The notes below the pieces were generated by a model. That model saw only the letters and a program-made list of their open reading frames with translations, had not been told where the DNA came from and did not search any database. A program made the translations under genes and the position numbers. A stretch of 63,627 bases of DNA, filler included, from Octopus bimaculoides (lineage: Eukaryota): NCBI RefSeq assembly GCF_001194135.2. It is 5 parts of 4 records of this genome, joined end to end, with 100 filler letters (N's around TTAATTAATTAA, not from the genome) between each part and the next. Parts side by side here need not be neighbours in the genome. Positions count along the whole stretch, not along the records: positions 62,363 to 63,627 come from NW_026305189.1; 4 more parts are not named here. One strand, written 5' to 3'. Positions 62,319 through 63,627 of the stretch are shown one piece after another. The first letter of the stretch is position 1. Every line of letters begins with the position of its first letter.

Positions 62319-62994
62319 NNNNNNNNNNNNNNNNNNNNNNNNNNNNNNNNNNNNNNNNNNNNAGAAGATAATGTGAAGTGTGGTGGGGATGGTAAGAGAG
62401 TGATGTACAATGATAGAGATGAAAATCAGAGATACATAAGTGTAGATATAATGACAAACATGGGAGGGTAAGGGAACTGATGGTAGATATGAGAGAGTGT
62501 TCAGAGGAAANNNNNNNNNNNNNNNAAAATGAAGTGATATTGAGAATGTAGGATGGGTGACAAAAGGTAATGGTTCAAAGAAGAGGGATAATTGCTAGCA
62601 CAAAAGGGAGATGAAATAGGTGCAGTTCAGCTCACATATAATTGCAGCAACTGAGCAAATATTGCCATAGATAGTAAATATTTGTTATAGCTAGAAGAGT
62701 GATAGGTGTTAAGATGAGTTGTGGAGAAGGGTTGATGGAGGATCTGATGGGATAGATATAAAGGATATGTTTTTAGGATTGTCTATGAAATCNNNNNNNN
62801 NNCTGATGGGATAGATATAAAGGATATGTTTTTAGGATTGTCTATGAAATCATTGTTGATTTTCACTTTACTTACTACATTTTTGTCTGTGGCTTATACA
62901 ATTATCTCAAGTCACTTGTCCACAGTGACCACCAAACTATTGAATGTGGTACTCAATGAAGTGATATTGAGAATGTAGGATGGGTGACAAAAAG

Positions 62995-63610
62995 CAATGG
63001 TTCTTCAAGCCAATGAATGCCAGGAATAGTGGTTTGCTCTTAGCCAAGTACTTCTCCTGCAATTGCCTCGCTAGGAAGATTGCATCAATGGTATCTTTTC
63101 AAAGCACAAATCTAAACTGTATCTCATCTAAGTCTTTTCTATCATGGATCATTCAACCTTATCCAGTAACTTCATTTCTCAATAATTTCATTTCTCTAAA
63201 ACATCTTTGTCCTTTTAGCAGTTTACAATGACGCTGCTACACCAGCCATTTGGGCATGACACCTTCCTGTATGATTTGATTAACTATCTGGGTGGTAATC
63301 ATGTATCTTGCATCACTAGATATTTTGAGCATCCCTACAATTATCCCTGACTGATCTGTGGCATTCCTTCTCTCTATGCCCTTGATAGCTTATCTACTAT
63401 GTTGCTACCAACTTGAAGTAGCCCCTTGTTATGCCATGCATATACCACATTCAGCAGCCTCTCATAATAGCACTTCCATGCCTTCATCATTCCAAATATG
63501 CTTCTCACCAATGACATATCAGTTCTCTCTCACACATTTGTCTTGCTATCCTGAACACTTCACATCTCTGATCTTCATATTGCAAGACACGCACAAATTT
63601 CTTCCTCTGT
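62995..63610 (-). pseudogene. RTE-clade LINE RT N-terminal relic
   Basis: DAIFLARQLQEKYLAKSKPLFLAFIGL; AWKCYYERLLNV; many stops. Confidence 0.8.
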
Positions 63611-63627
63611 GTGTGTGTGTGTGTGTG

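Noticed and set aside
28616-62362. TTAATTAATTAA repeated four times at irregular spacing
   Set aside because: Always centred in a 100-nt N gap; an artificial six-frame-stop scaffold linker, not a biological motif.

Overview
AT-rich, gap-ridden eukaryotic genomic DNA with very dense microsatellites. The SINE families and repeat style resemble an octopus (coleoid cephalopod) genome; this is recognised from memory, not by search. Four 100-nt spacers (N44-TTAATTAATTAA-N44) show the window is at least five joined scaffold pieces. No intact protein-coding gene is visible, and the long ORFs are artefacts of N runs and microsatellites. Recognisable content is decayed mobile elements: mariner, Tc1, DD37D/maT-like, Tigger/pogo, Helitron, RTE, CR1-like and RLE-type non-LTR relics, a young 127-bp MITE, and about 30 tRNA-headed SINE copies with mixed head, body and tail modules. 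The most interesting unexplained signal is a recurrent minimal hammerhead-ribozyme-like motif (CTGANGA-A-stem II-GAAA-palindromic stem III-NUH) in several unrelated repeat families. One family is a tRNA-headed SINE present as a head-to-head pair. All copies are somewhat degenerate. A few isolated splice signatures (an 80-nt stop-rich exon at an AG|GT site, a candidate ratchet point, microexons) suggest parts of the window may lie in large introns.
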